From Tubulanus polymorphus (taxonomy: Eukaryota > Animalia > Nemertea), in assembly GCF_964204645.1 (NCBI RefSeq), contig NC_134036.1:8618030-8682029 (forward strand): a stretch of DNA of 64,000 nucleotides. The letters are read 5' to 3'. The translations under genes were made by a program, and so were the position numbers. Position 1 is the first letter of the stretch; each line of letters begins with the position of its first letter. The notes under the pieces are model-generated. The model saw nothing but the letters and a program-made list of their open reading frames with translations. It was not told the DNA's origin and did not search any database. Below are positions 62,606 to 64,000 of this stretch, one piece after another.

Positions 62606-64000
62606 TTGTATTTTATACGATCTTTTTTTCAACGGTGTTCCATATATGTCAGATCAATATCAAATCAGTACGAAAGAAACCACAAAATTCTAGGAGCTTA
62701 TTAGGAATAAAGGAACGTAGATCGGATATCCGTAGTCAAAAGCCTCAGAGTGGGATAGCATATCATAAATGAAGAAATTCTACACTTCCAATGGAATTAC
62801 ACGATAGAATTTATTATTTCGAAACCTCTTTCGATTTCAAAATAATAAATTATATTAGTATGATTTAATTCGAACTGTGCGATTTCTTCATTTGTCTACA
62901 GTGTACACGGATTGTAGTGTTTATTCGACGATTATAGCATATCGTGTTTTTACAACCAACCCACGAATTCAACTTTTAGAATTAATTTATATCCTTGTGT
63001 AGACACTCATATGACACGCGTATTGGAATCGGCCCTTATTTGTAAGCTTACGAAATCCAACTTACGCATCTACCAATTTAAATACTGGTACTTTTTCTCC
63101 ACATAGTCAATTACTATCTACACATATCAACTCTCTATAAGATTTTGGTTAATGCCACTGTGCTGACCAAAAAAAAAATCCATTTTAATTGTGCACCGCC
63201 GTCATTAAGCGGCGATCGGGCGCGTAGTATCAAATGCATTTACTAGGTTCATCCTGAGCACTTTTCTGGTTAAAATTAGGAGAGATATCTGCTCACAATT
63301 TCACCATTTCCGCCACTACTAGACCTACTACAGGCATCTATCACGTAGTAAATATTATAACGATTACAACGGAACACATTCAATCAAGCTAAGTATATAT
63401 AGTATAACACGAAGTTTCAACCTTTCAACATTTATTAAAGCCCACATGGACCGGTGAGTTTGATCTTCGCCGAATCACCGAATCATCGAACTATATCAAG
63501 GCATAGCCCGTGTAATCGATCAGTAGCCAAATAAATGCAAAAGAAATCCTTATACGGACGACCTGAATTTAAAACTAGGTGACGTAATGATTGACGGTTA
63601 TAGATTACACGTATCTACGTATGTCGTTTTCCTGCCAGTGGTAATTAGTCGAGTCTAAGTAATTTCTTGATTTATAAAAAAAAGTATAAATTACCCTAGC
63701 GAAGATTCTCTCGGTTGGACTTAGTAGATTGTTTTGTGCGCCATAATGGGCCGTCGCATGACCACATTTGTATTTGTACATGAATATACGTATACAGGAT
63801 ATTGGTCGTAACACGTGATAGAATAACATAGTCTAAAACCAATAAATTCACCAATGCGCTTTTTCATTCACCGACGCGCTTTTTCCATAAATATAACAAG
63901 ATGTTCGCTATAGCTGTAACATTGTCCATTCTTGGATCAATGTATTTTACGAATCAGATCGAAACCAGTGAACCAGTCCAACTCATTTAGAGTATATAGT

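Overview
AT-rich, repeat-dense animal genomic DNA, most likely a marine invertebrate; the species cannot be determined from this window. The main feature is a multi-exon minus-strand gene (about 19.5-38.6 kb) that I reconstructed by hand from GT-AG junctions with consistent phases. It encodes a secreted mosaic protein of about 750 aa: signal peptide, 2 kringles, 2 GON domains, 3 EGF-like modules plus a truncated EGF mini-exon, and a short tail. Downstream of it and inside two of its introns lie many decayed minus-strand fragments resembling divergent discoidin (F5/8 type C) domains. Three 38-bp minisatellite arrays (0.9-6.4 kb) appear to have grown out of one of these exons. The rest is transposon debris: a deleted BEL/Pao LTR element with intact LTRs and TSD, a hAT (PRKRIR/THAP12-like) transposase pseudogene, a Merlin/ISXO2 transposase next to a DUF3987-like fragment, an ISL2EU-type PIF/Harbinger element (THAP-DDE plus SWIM/YqaJ), LINE fragments, a tRNA-derived SINE, many MITEs, minisatellites, Penelope-type minimal hammerhead motifs and a C-type lectin fragment. 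All domain calls come from motif recognition by eye; no database search was run.
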